From NCBI GenBank assembly GCA_048772705.1, contig JBLWGC010000120.1, positions 1 to 35,323 on the forward strand: a DNA stretch of 35,323 nucleotides. Reading direction: 5' to 3'. The notes below the pieces were generated by a model. It did no database searches. It was not told the DNA's origin and saw nothing but the letters and a program-made list of their open reading frames with translations. The stretch comes from Leidyana gryllorum EB-2025a (taxonomy: Eukaryota; Protista; Apicomplexa). Both the position numbers and the translations under genes were made by a program. Position 1 is the first letter of the stretch; each line of letters opens with the position of its first letter. Positions 21,401 to 32,600 of the stretch are shown here, in pieces.

Positions 21401-24400
21401 TCATCCAACTCGCCGACTTTCGCGGGTGCGAGCGGAGGACGCTGAACCCTTGGTACCGAGCGTCTTGTCCCCGCTTTTGTGCAGGTGACAGTGGCTGCTT
21501 GATTCATGTCGCTTAGTGCCAGTGGAGGTGGGCGGGCAGACTGTTTCGCATACCACGCGACAGCGTCGCTTGGTGCGCACCTCACACTGCTCACTGTAAG
21601 CAGACTCGCTCTCAGAATAGCTAGACTCGCTCTCAGACACCGACTCGCTCACAGACAGGCTACTTGACTCGCTCACCGACACTGAACTCGATACCGAAAC
21701 AGACTCCGACTCCGACAGTGACGACGACGATGAGTACTCCTCCTCTGAGATCTCTTCCACACGTTCCCTCTGCGAGCGAAAGATGGTATGAGACGAGTAA
21801 AGAGAGAGGCAGGGAGAGAGGGAGAGAGAGAGAGAAAATTGGAGGTGGAGAGGGATATTTTGATGGGACAATGTCATCCACTTACCCTGGCGCACATCAC
21901 TTGGCAGCGACGTTCACATGAAGCAGACGAGGAAGCTGCAATAGCGTTGGAGGTCCTGTGCCTGGAGGATTCCAGATGAGTACGTAAGTCATCGGCAAGC
22001 GCTCCCAAGCCAATGGCAGTGAAGAAATTGATGGCAAATCTAACGTTGGCCATGCTGTCACGCGGGAACAGGGAGCGTTCCAGGGAAGGTTGCAGGTCGG
22101 GCTCGCGTAGTTTGAGCTGAAGTTTCTCCAGACCCAGTTCATCAGCCAAATCTTGGAAGATGATTTTGATGAAAATACGAGAAGCTGCGGTCGTAGCTTC
22201 ATCAGTCAAAATCAAGATCTCAAAAGCGCTCCAGGGCAAAGCACCTATGAGAATCGGATGAGGGGCTGCTGGTAAGGGTCTTACCAGTGGCGAACAGATG
22301 AGCAAAGAACTTGGCAATGTTACGCAATTTATTAGTCTCGAGCCGGTGGACCTGGGAAGAGCCAAACAATCCATCAATCATAGCAGAATGCGTCTATTTA
22401 CCTGTTGATACTGACGTTTGAAGCACTCCAGGAGCGCATTCCTGTATGATTCCTTAAGCTTGCACAGCCGCTCTGCTTGGAGGGCGAAGAAGCTGGAGAA
22501 GGTCCTCTCCATCGAGCAGCAATCGATGAGCATTATGCAGACCTCTGTTTCCTGACCTTCAGGTATGTTAAGCTTTAGCAGTTTATGGACGCATTCCTCG
22601 AAGCTGGCGGAAGACATTATACAGAGGTACACGGTCTTCCGGAGGTTAATGAGGTCTTGTTCAGTGCAGTCCATGATGGTAACTTGACCAGAAGCTTGGA
22701 GCTCCTCTCGAATCTGCAACACGAATGAGACGTCGAAAAAGCAAGTGGGTACTATTGCCGCCGCAACCAACCCCCCTCCTAACACTTTTGTTTGGGCGCC
22801 TCGGATGAGATGGGTCCCAAGCAAACACGCACGGCGGCCGGGCGGCACAACAATTTCATTTATGACACTGACACTTACCCGGTCGGCCTCGGCCTCTGAG
22901 TCGGAAGAAGAAGCTTGGGAAAGTTGATCATCATCATCGTCACCGGATTCATCCGCCTCTGAGCCTTTGCCCAGAACATCGTCACTTATCTCCTTCCATC
23001 GGGCCTCCTCTTCGTGAAATTGTTCGGGAGGTAGGGCTTTGAACACATCCAGCAACTCTTGGCGCTGTAACTCGCCGTCGAGCAAATCAATGGCATGGGT
23101 GACTTGATCGTCTTCTTCGATCAAGTCCAGTTGAGGCAGCACCTGAGAGGGTAAAGTAGAAGCATTAGTATCAGCACTCGCGGCAGGGGCTTGCACGTAA
23201 GTGAGGATTGAGCCAACCAACCCGCGGAGAGCAGCTGCCATTCCAATCCAAAGACACACAGTTGGATCTCCCAGTTGCCCCATGCAGACACTTACCCCTG
23301 GAAAATCTGCGAACTTCTTACGACGGATTTCGAACAGCTTCTCAATGGTATACTGTGTTCTCATGTCCACATCACCCTCATTTAGGATGGCACGTAACCG
23401 CTCAAAGATCATCCCCAACGCTTGGGGCTGTAATTCCCCAAGAACGTGGCCACACTCCTGGACAAAGCCACAACACACGTCCACCCCGTCATTTGTGGGC
23501 TTCTCCAACAGTAAAGCGCACACCTCCAGTGCCGTCACCTCTGACAGCACTTTCTGGTTAACCAAATGTGCGATAAACTTGAGACACCCAAGAGTCACTA
23601 TTTTGTCGTTCCTCTTGTATGCTCGCCGAAATTGCAACACCAGCCTTGTAATCAGCAGACGACCAATTTCAGGTAGCTTTGAATTCAGTACTGCCAATAA
23701 CGCCGCGAAGACGTGCGTAAACGTAGGAGAAGCGAGTTGAGCGCGCAGTATGGTTCGCGCTAACAATCCTCGCCCTCGTACCAAATTCTCCTTGAACATT
23801 TCTTGCACCAACTCTGGAATATTGTCCTGATTCGCCTTGTTCACGTGACCATTAATAGACTTTCGGAGCGCCTCCCAATATTGACGTTGGTATTCCACTG
23901 AATTCTTATCGGTGACCTCCTTTCTCATCAAAGCGAGTTTGAAAGGAGGAATATATATACCTCCCGTCCGTCCAATCGGGCCTGACTCATGACCCGCTGC
24001 CCCGTTGACAGTCGCCTCAGCTTTCCTCTCGTCAGCCTCCCCAGCCTCCTCCTGAGAAGATTTCTTGGAGGGATCTGAAGATGAACCCCTGATGCGCTCG
24101 GAAGAGAGCTTGCTCTTCTCGTCACGTGAACCTTCCGCATCCTGCGAGCTCCCATTCTCTCTCAATCTCTCCTTGTCTCTAGGCCACTCTCTGTCCCTCA
24201 ATCTCTCTCCATCTCTCGATCTCTCCCTGCCTCTTGGCCTCTCCACCCCTCGCGGTCTGTCGTGGTAACGTGCCCTCTCTGTGTCACGTGGCCTTTCGTC
24301 GTCTCTTGGCCGCGATCGCACTCTCTCTACGTCTCGGGGTCGGTCCCATCCCCTCTCTGTCGGCCGTTCCCGGTCCCGATTCCGTTCGCGCTCCTCATTC

Positions 24401-24729
24401 CGCGGCGACCCATCTCGCTCATCCCTCACACGCCGTTTATCGTAGCCCCGATGTCTCTGGCGATCCCGATATCGGTCGTGGTAGCGGTCTCGGTCTTCAC
24501 TACTCACACTTGAGGAGTCCCTATGCCGACTCTCACGACTCCTGTCTCGGTCGCTCCGCCGCTCGCGGTCACTTCGGTCTCTCCGGTCTCTCTCACTCCT
24601 CCTGTCCTCCACATCGTGCGAAGACTTTATCTCCTCCACTCGTCGTATACGTCTGGGAGGGCTGTGTGCGTGTTTACGGTGATGCCCATCCCCATTCCGC
24701 CGTCCTTCGTCGGTGGAAACCGAGGGCAT
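21401..24729 (-). CDS. CWC22: Pre-mRNA splicing factor CWC22 (RD/RS-rich N-terminus, MIF4G and MA3 domains), 934 aa. Exons 24729-23296, 23142-22879, 22713-22402, 22351-22285, 22244-21886, 21769-21401
   Basis: RTGGIYIPPFKL, EYQRQYWEALRKSING, NLVRGRGLLAR..AQLASPTFT, LDLIEEDDQVTH, RKTVYLCIMSS..FEECVHKLLK, HRLETNKLRNIAK, SRIFIKIIFQ, RFAINFFTAIGLG. Five GT-AG introns (153, 165, 50, 40, 116 nt). Confidence 0.95.
21801..21836. repeat. Imperfect (GA)n microsatellite in CWC22 intron 5
   Basis: AGAGAGAGGCAGGGAGAGAGGGAGAGAGAGAGAGAA; forms a pyrimidine tract on the minus strand. Confidence 0.8.
22714..22878 (-). other. CWC22 intron 2, 165 nt, in frame and stop-free
   Basis: GTAAGT donor and TTGCAG acceptor. 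The 55 encoded residues are hydrophobic and interrupt the acidic MIF4G-MA3 linker. Confidence 0.8.
23143..23295 (-). other. CWC22 intron 1, 153 nt, in frame and stop-free
   Basis: GTAAGT donor, TACTAAT branch-like site, pyrimidine tract and CAG. Removal restores the conserved FPG|VLPQLDLIEEDDQ junction. Confidence 0.85.
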
Positions 24730-24901
24730 TATTGGGTTTTTTTGGAGGAAAAATGAGTCTCAGGTTTGCTGTGATGACCACTATAAATGGACCTGTAGTA
24801 GGCAAAGGGACTAACTAACAAGAGGCGATAACTCCACTTCGGGAGTAGAAATCAGTTCTGGGGGGATGGAGGAAATATCTCTCTATCTCTCCCCGCGCCA
24901 T

Positions 24902-25429
24902 CTAACTGTCTGACTGTGAAGAAGTGCTGTCCCCAGTGCTGAGCCAAGGCTGCATGACATCGTCGTTCAACGTCGACCCTCTTCGTTTCCGCAATGTGGA
25001 ATTCATTAAAATCGCAAGTTCTCGGGCCACAGCCACTGACTCACGAGGGCTGGGCAGACACACACGTGCGGGCAATTGGCCTTCGGCTATGAGAGTCCTC
25101 TCAGCTTCGCTCAAGCTCTTGACTAACATAACTATGCTGGTGTGGTGCATCGACTGGGATTTCTCGACAACTTGCCGATGGCAGTTGGTACGTATGTACT
25201 GACAAATGTATTCAGGTGTGATTGGACGCAGCTGATCAACCGGGTCAACCAGGTGGTCTTCATATGGATGAGGACGTAGTCGATCGGCTACAAGCCGGAG
25301 GGCTCGGCGGCACGCTCCAGTAACATCGGTCCGTCGCCGCAAACCGTCGACACACACTGATAAGGTCATCTTCTTTGCCCATGACTTTGCGTTCTCAGTG
25401 TCAAACATATTCATCGAGTCCGTCTTCAT
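24902..25429 (-). CDS. Hypothetical protein (>=175 aa); may have an upstream exon
   Basis: ATG-initiated ORF filling the gap between CWC22 and eIF1A. An acceptor-like CCTCAG lies ~35 nt upstream of the ATG. No recognisable motif. Confidence 0.5.
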   Translation of the reverse strand: MKTDSMNMFDTENAKSWAKKMTLSVCVDGLRRRTDVTGACRRALRLVADRLRPHPYEDHLVDPVDQLRPITPEYICQYIRTNCHRQVVEKSQSMHHTSIVMLVKSLSEAERTLIAEGQLPARVCLPSPRESVAVARELAILMNSTLRKRRGSTLNDDVMQPWLSTGDSTSSQSDS

Positions 25430-25935
25430 GCCGGAGGGGAGCGGTAGGATTGTGCTAGTGAACCTGAGGTTTGGAAGGTGCAGTCACACAGGTTTGTTGT
25501 TTCTTGCACACTGAAAGACTTGGCGGAAATCACTAACTTGTCATGCTACTCTGTCACGCGGGGACAGCGGGATCCGCGTCTAAGCGCGCCACCGTCTGAA
25601 CCTCCAACAACACCGTGCCTACCATAGAGTTTCCTGATCATTTCGGGCGATCAGGAATGGCAGGATAGAAAGGGAACTGTAGGGCACTGTAGGGGAGGAG
25701 AGTGAGCTCTGGAATGGAGGAATCGGGTATTGGAGCGTGTCTGCTACTCGGAGCTGTTGGTAGTCCGCCTTTCACTGAGATGGGACGAGTGCAGAAAAGG
25801 CCCCCCAAGCGGGGTGGAAGACTGTGGTTGCAGTAGGGGGGCGGTCAGTAGGTTGAATAGGCATTGAATGAGAGTAATGCATTGGGTTTTGGCACTTTAG
25901 CCCGTGTTGAAACCACCAAACACGCATTGACTGCA

Positions 25936-26473
25936 TCAAACATCCATGATATCAATGGCCTCGCGGTCGTCATCCTCCTCGAAATCAATGTCATCGCCTT
26001 CGTCACCAGAGCCGTATCCTTCAGCTCCCATAGTTTCTACAACACGGAAAGCCTCGGGAATCTCGCGCATCGCTTTAAGTGTCCGAACTTCGTCGGGGTT
26101 ATACCTGTGGATTGCGATGATATGGGGCATAACGGATATTGGGTAACTAACTTATGGATGATATCGCCCTTTTCATCCTGGAAGTCACGCAACGAGACGA
26201 GGACTACGTCTCCAGCGTTGATCCACACCTTCTTGCGCATCTTTCCTCTGATCTGGCAGAGACGTTTGATACCGTCAACACACTGTGCCTCGAGGCGGCC
26301 GTTGCCGAGCATCTTCAATACCTGGGCGTACTCTGGGGGGAGAAATGGGTTGAAAGCGGCGGAAACGACTCACCCTGGCCGGGCTCCTTGACGATGAGCT
26401 CACGCTTATCACCGAAAGCGTCATTCTTGCCCCGACGACGGTTACGACCGCCTTTGCCTCCCTTCTTGGTCAT
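25936..26473 (-). CDS. EIF1A: Translation initiation factor eIF1A, 149 aa. Exons 26473-26374, 26332-26152, 26104-25936
   Basis: [80 protein letters not shown] with an acidic tail. Introns of 41 and 47 nt. Confidence 0.97.
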
Positions 26474-26532
26474 GGCTTAGGCACTTTTTTAAGCACACAA
26501 CAGAGGCTTTTTGTCCAAATTTTCGGAGCGGC
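26474..26532. promoter_or_regulatory. 59-nt divergent spacer, probable bidirectional promoter (eIF1A / SRRM1-like)
   Basis: Both starts are fixed by conserved N-termini. The spacer contains three T-tracts. Confidence 0.55.
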
Positions 26533-28497
26533 ATGGCTGCTTCCGGCCCAGGGTTCTATAGGGGCACCACCCATGACCAGACACCATTCTTCTGTGATAA
26601 GGAGAAGAAGATGATTGGAGAAGGCAATTGGCCGGCTTGCTTCAACCAGAAAGTTGATTTCAGCAAAGTCTCCCTCGACGTTGTTAAATCTTGGATCACC
26701 AGAAACGTTACACAAATTCTGGGCCATGAGGACGACATTGTCATAGATTATGTCATGCAACAGCTTCTACAGCCTCCCAGCGCAGAAGAACGGGGCAATC
26801 TGGACGAGCAGGTGAGGCAGTCTGCGCTGGAAAAAACCCTCGAAACTATCTATCTATCCACCTCAGGATGATAACGGCTCATGTGTGGATCCGAAGAAAC
26901 TCACTGTCACTCTTACAGGCTTCATGGCTGACAAGGCACGGCCGTTCGTTGCTGACCTTTGGCGCCTGCTTCTGAGCGCGCAAGAGAGTAAAGAAGGCAT
27001 CCCTCGAGAGCTCGCCGAAGCTCAAGAATTGGAACGCCAACTCAAACTCCGCGAGGCTGAGCGTATCAAAGGCGAGCTCGCCAAACTTGCAGCGCAGCAA
27101 GGTGAGTAATCAATCCCCACTAATAATTCGCGCGCGTCTCCCGAACACGTGTTTTATCCTCACTGAATTGTCCTATGAATAATATTTCCTTGTCGTTGCA
27201 GCCAGCGGTGACGAATTCGGCGGAGGAAATGACTCTGACGGACCTGGGGGAGGCAATTTTGACCGTTCACGGCGAGGTGGAGCCGGTGGAGGTAAGCCCC
27301 ATAATGATGTGTCTGCCCAGTGTTTATTGCGTATTACCCTAAACAGGGCGCCGTTCACGCAGTAACAGTATGCGACCTTGGGCGGCAGGACGGTCTCCAC
27401 GTAGAAGAAGTCCCGAACGCGGGGGCCGGAGGCGAAACTGGGCTCCCCATCCTGCTCGAGGCCACTCGACCGAGAGGAGATGGGAAGACAACCGACGCCG
27501 TTCGCCCTCACCACCCCGAGGTCGGTCCCCTGATCGATGGAAGCGTCGATGGGACAGAGATCCGCCGAAAGACTCTTCGTTGACTCCTCCTCGGAGGCGC
27601 CGTTCAGTTGATCGCGAGAGAGACAGCCGCAGATCTGTAGACAGACGAAGCAGTCCGAGAAGGTCCGTGGAACGGGAGAAACACTCTGTAGAACGCGAGA
27701 GACGGTCGTCAGTCGCTCTTGAACGAGATCGTGAGCGCAAGACATCGGATCGAAAGAGTTCTGAGACGCCTCCACCAAGGAACAGGCGCTTGTCAGATCG
27801 CGATCTTTCCGTGTCTCCGCCGCCTAGAGACCCGCCGTCCCCTATCCGTCGACGTAGAGACCGAGACCATCATCGAGAGAGGGAGTACAGTCCTCAACGT
27901 CGTCACCGGTCACGCTCCCGCGAACGGGAGAGGGACCGCGATCGCTCTCCATTGAGAGACCGTAAGCGTGACCACCATAGAGACCATCGTGACAGAGACC
28001 GTGAGCGGGATCGTGATCGCGATCGCGAACGGGATAGAGACAGGGACCGTGAGCGGGACCGCGATCGGGATCACCATGGCCGGCGAGACTCTACTTCAAG
28101 ACACCATCGCGATTTCCGTCGCGAATCTTCCAGGGAACTGGCTCACGACAGCAGTCGGCGAAAGCCACTGTTACCACAGAGGTCGAGTCGTCGCGGTTCA
28201 CGAGATCGCGCTTCTCCCTGGAGGCGGTCTTCACCATCGCCTGCCTCGCCGACAGCGTTGTCGCCGGTGGCGCGAGAGCGGAAGTGTTACATGGACGAGG
28301 AGGACAGCAGGTGGGAGACACTCGAAGAGCGTGGAGACGATTGGATGTTCCGGAGACGCGAATCGTCTGAGGGTGAACGACCATCTTCAAGAAAGCGAGC
28401 CCCGTCGGACAGCGAGAGGCGTACTTCGAGCGAGGAAAGATTGCGCGCGCTGGCTTTGCGGAAAGTGCGTCGACTGAAATCGCAGAGTCCGAGTTGA
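26533..28497 (+). CDS. SRRM1: PWI-domain SR-rich splicing protein (SRRM1/SRm160-like), 584 aa. Exons 26533-26811, 26867-27101, 27202-27291, 27347-28497
   Basis: GFYRGTTHDQTPFF.DKEKK, KVD..KV.LDVVKSWI...ILGHEDDIVIDY, DPKKL.V.LTGFM..ARPFVADLWRLLLSAQES.EGIP, followed by an RS/RD/SP-rich tail. Introns of 55, 100 and 55 nt keep frame. Confidence 0.9.
27955..28080 (+). repeat. Coding low-complexity (RD/RE)n tract in the PWI protein
   Basis: RDRDRERDRDRDRERDRDRDRERDRDRD encoded with varied codons. Confidence 0.8.
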
Positions 28498-28538
28498 TTG
28501 CATGTATGTGTGCGTGGAGAAGACACAGAGAAGAGAGA

Positions 28539-29340
28539 ATGATGAGCCGAGTATGTGTGCTGGTTGGTTTGCTGATGAAGGTAAGCCGAGGCGAAGTCGG
28601 GTAGAGGAAGAAAGGTTGTGGTCGTCAGCTATCGGCAACCAGTGATTTACTGCATAAGCACTGTACGTTAATGGGTCGGACGGCATCTGCACAGTGAGTG
28701 AGTGAGTAGAAGGAGATTTGTGGAAGAAAAGAGTCGTAGACCCTGTTGTTTGTACTGGAGGAGGGCGTTGCCGACCACAGTGGATCTATCTGAGTTTGCC
28801 TGCCAAGACAAGCCGGATCCCATCGAGTCGAGCGCCCCTGGCGTCCTCGCAGCGCCCCCCGCTTATTTGCTGGCAGAGAGGAGAGCAATCAGCCCTGACA
28901 TCCAAGCAGGAGGCGGCGTGGAGTACGAGGCAGCACCCACAGCTCTTGAACTAGCTGCTGCAACTCCCAGACAACACAACTTCCCTACTGGTTTTGGGGC
29001 CACAGTAAACCACATGTCCGGCCTGTACGGTTCACTTCTGAGTCAAAGAGGGATTGTTGACAACCCGTTTACCCTTGGCAAGCGCAGCGCTAAGATAATT
29101 CCCTCCTTTATTGAAAGGCCCGCCACCTACACATCCCACTCTCGCTCATCGAAAAGAAACTTCGACCCCGTTGTTGTCGGACCACTGCCCCGACTACAAG
29201 TCCCGCCACTACCGTTCAAACCAGGACCGCCCCCCGCTGGTAATACCGGTCAGACTCTGGGTGTCAAGACCGGACTCGGCAATACCTCGGGAGGCCGCGC
29301 CAAACCGATCGCCAAGAAGAAGAGAAAACCCCCACAATAA
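28539..29340 (+). CDS. Hypothetical protein, 235 aa, Pro-rich C-terminal half with basic end (KKKRK). Exons 28539-28580, 28629-28693, 28740-29340
   Basis: Two GT-AG introns of typical size (48 nt GTAAGC..CAG; 46 nt GTGAGT..TAG) link an ATG in frame to the 28702-29340 ORF. No recognisable domain. Confidence 0.5.
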
Positions 29341-29607
29341 CACAGAGGCGCTACCAACCGATTCCACCCCCTATCCCATTCATTATTCACGAATAACCGA
29401 CCAATAACAACAACACGTGTTAGAATCGCTGACCGATTTCTTCCTCGTCTTTGTACAGTAAAAGTCGCTCACCGCCAAAACTCTGACTATGTGACTCTCT
29501 ACTCGTTCACGGAACTCGACACCCACCAGCAAAGTTGACGTGTCGTTGACTCTCTCGATCAAAAGAAGACTGTCTGTGTGGCAACAGCCCACCATGCAGC
29601 AGAGACC

Positions 29608-32600
29608 TCAGCCGTTCCGCGGCGGGTCAGATCCAGCGAAGAACATCGGCAGCATAGACTGAGAGCCTTGGGTGAGCCAATTTTTGACATTCCGCTTCAG
29701 TTCGGCAAAGTCACTCGACACTGCAGAGTTGATATCCGCTGCAATTGCGAGATACACGAAATTGGAACCAGAATACTGTGGACTTACAGAACTTCTTCTG
29801 TATCGTCATATTGGGACCGCAGGTCAGCCGAGAATGGATATCCTCAATGTTCTCCACATCAACTTCGGTTCTCCAAAGTGACAGAGTGATCTCTGCCAAC
29901 TTCTCCTTCCGACGCTGCGTTGCGGAACGTGGACTCTCTGGCGGGTCTTCGCTCGGGGGTGACACGGCGGAGGGTGACGAGATTATCGCACCCACCGAAG
30001 TCGGCCCAACGGCATCCAGTTCTGTCATAGCGGAGAAGAAGAGAGTCGTTCCGCTCGAAGAATTGCCCCTTGGCCACTCACCGTCCAATTGCGCTCGGGC
30101 TCCCTCGAGTTGACCGGCCGCTTGTGTTATGAGCTCCAGCATCTTGGCGAACTCCATTTCCTCATCCGAGTTGTTGTTGACAAACACCGCAGCTCCACAT
30201 AGGTCAGTCTGTCGTGAGTATCGGGTCACATGAGACCGCTCAAAGAGTGAACTCACCTCGGAACTTGTGGCCTCTGATTGTCTGTCGAGGGGCGTCTTCC
30301 TGAGTGTGTCACGATCGATCAGTCGCGATTTCTCTTTCGCCGCCTCAACGCGAGCCCTCAAACGATTCTCTTTCCTGAAATAAGGGTTTCAGAGATGGTG
30401 AGGGGCAGACGGGAGAGGCCCCCAGATAACTCACTTGACCAGATCAGCTTTAGACAGCGTTTCCAGCCGCATACCCTTGGCCAAGCTCACGGGTTCCTGC
30501 ACTTCCTGGTCCGCTTGATCAGCTTTCCCAATAGCTCGACGGAATCGCCGAGAGTGTCCCATAAGCGTCATTTTGTTGATCTTACGACCCCGAGTCCAAC
30601 AAGCCAAGGCCTTCAAACCGGCGACCCAAAGGTCAAACTCCTCTTCATCTTTGGCAGCCAAGTCTAAGCAGACATCCGCAATGACGCGGAAGCTGATCGG
30701 ATTCAGGAAGACCGGCTCCAGGTGTCCCTCTCCGGCTCCTACTTTGATTTCGGTTATGGAGGCAATTTTGACTGAAGGTTTGGATGAAATCCGAACTTAA
30801 GCCGATAATTCGGCAACTTACTCATAGTCTGTTCTTTACTTTTGTTCCCAGAATACCACAGCAGCCGTTTGAGGTCAGGAGACAGCTGAAAGTGCCTTAA
30901 ATGCGGCTGTCCATAGGATGTTCGTTTCAACAAGTTCGCTCCCTGGCGCATTCTTGCGATAGCCTTTTGACTCTCGACGTGTTTCAGTGGTTCTATAGCG
31001 ACACCAAATCGTCGGAAGCGGTCTCCGAGGATTCCTTTGAGGTCCTCCCGTTCCATTGATATTTCTAAGACATAGAGTTTGTCGGCTTCCAAGCGGTCAA
31101 AGTCCTCGAACTGATACACTAATCCGCGTTTGTACCACACCTCCTTGTTCTCTTGAGTCAGCTTCATCAGTTTGCCCCCCAACTTGTTCTCTCCAGCTGC
31201 CAATAGTGTCTCGAGCTCGCCGCGTCCCAGTGGGACAGCTTCTCTCAATTGGAATCCCGTATCCGCGATGGCGTGACAGGCACAGGCGATATTCTCCCGC
31301 ATATCACTGACATCAATATCGGCTATCCAAGACACTGCCGTGACTTGACCCTTATGCAGTACGAATATCGTCTTCTTCTGCACCTCTTCAAGATCAGATG
31401 TGTCTTGAACCGGAGCGGGCGGGCGTCGTGCGTGACTTTCCGAATAGTCAGACAGTTTCGGTACTATGCCCACCACGGCATTCAAACCATCCTCGCTATG
31501 CTGAGAGTCCTCATCATCCGTCAGCAAATTAACAGCGCTGGGGCGCTCAAAGGCTTTCGCGGGCGTCTTGTTGGATAATGACTCCTTTGCCCCGGTCGCC
31601 GCCATCGCAGGAGTTGAAGTTGGAGGTGACATGCCGCGACTTGAAAGCGAGCCTTTCTTGGGTTTGGGGCCAAATTCCAACATATCGTCCAAGAGAGATG
31701 GATCAGCACCCGTTACAGATGCCGAGGCCGCCAGAGAAGTCTGTTTCGGGCCCGGAGACATTGCAGCCAAACCGCTTACGTGGCCAAAAGCGCCTGCGGG
31801 ACAGCAATTCAGTAGTGATACTTCGATTAGACATCATCAAGTCGCACTTACTCAAGTCTATCTCCACTGGGCTCCGAGGCATCCCGGGATATTGAGCACT
31901 GCCGGGTGAACTTGGCAAACTCAGTGCGACTGCCGATGAGTCACATTGAGTGAGGAGCTAAACAGAGACTCACCGGGATGAGACTGCGGGCTGCTCAGAT
32001 GTCTGAAAGCCTCACTGATTCGCTCATATCGGCCCTCGACCTCGGAACCGTCAAACTGTAACCGTTATGTGCGATATCGAGAGTGACTGACTGACTCACC
32101 GGTGGGCTCCGACATTCGGCCGCATTGGGGTATTCTCTCCGTGAAGGAGCCGGTTCTGTTCCCGTCACCAGGAGATTCGATGATGCTTCTGCTATGAGCG
32201 ACATACCGACAGTGCCTGAAGAGGCACTGGCCATCTCAGGTGCAGAGCCCAACTCATTCGCCATGTCCAACACCTGGTAGTGTGGTTGAGAGGACTGACT
32301 TGGCGGTTGATGACTCACGTCAGCTGTAGCGCTTGGAGGCGGGAGGTTGGCAGCAGCAGCGGCAGAGATGGCCTCTCCAGTGCTCACTTGACCCTGGGAA
32401 GGCTCGTCAGGACGGGTGACGGCCTTGGCCTGGTCTTCTTCAGAGGTGAGCACAACGAGGACGTTGTCATTGGGATTGTCAGAAGGTTTGAATGAGCTGG
32501 GAGCCGTAAGCTCTTCGATAGGGTGATTGCGTAAGTCAATGACGTTAGAGTCGGAGGATGACGACAATGAGCGGTCGACGTACTGTTGGCGGACCGCCTC

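Noticed and set aside
22378-24729. CWC22 as a single 783-aa ORF with novel hydrophobic insertions
   Set aside because: The insertions have canonical splice signals and interrupt conserved sequence, and the gene continues through further exons to 21401.
23928-24818. Long antisense or alternative ORFs over the CWC22 N-terminus (similarly 27173-28526 over the PWI gene)
   Set aside because: RD/RS low-complexity codons are stop-poor in other frames.
31794-31851. Box C/D-like motifs (TGATGA..CTGA) in a PH-gene intron
   Set aside because: The intron is 58 nt and the boxes are under 30 nt apart, too short for a snoRNA.
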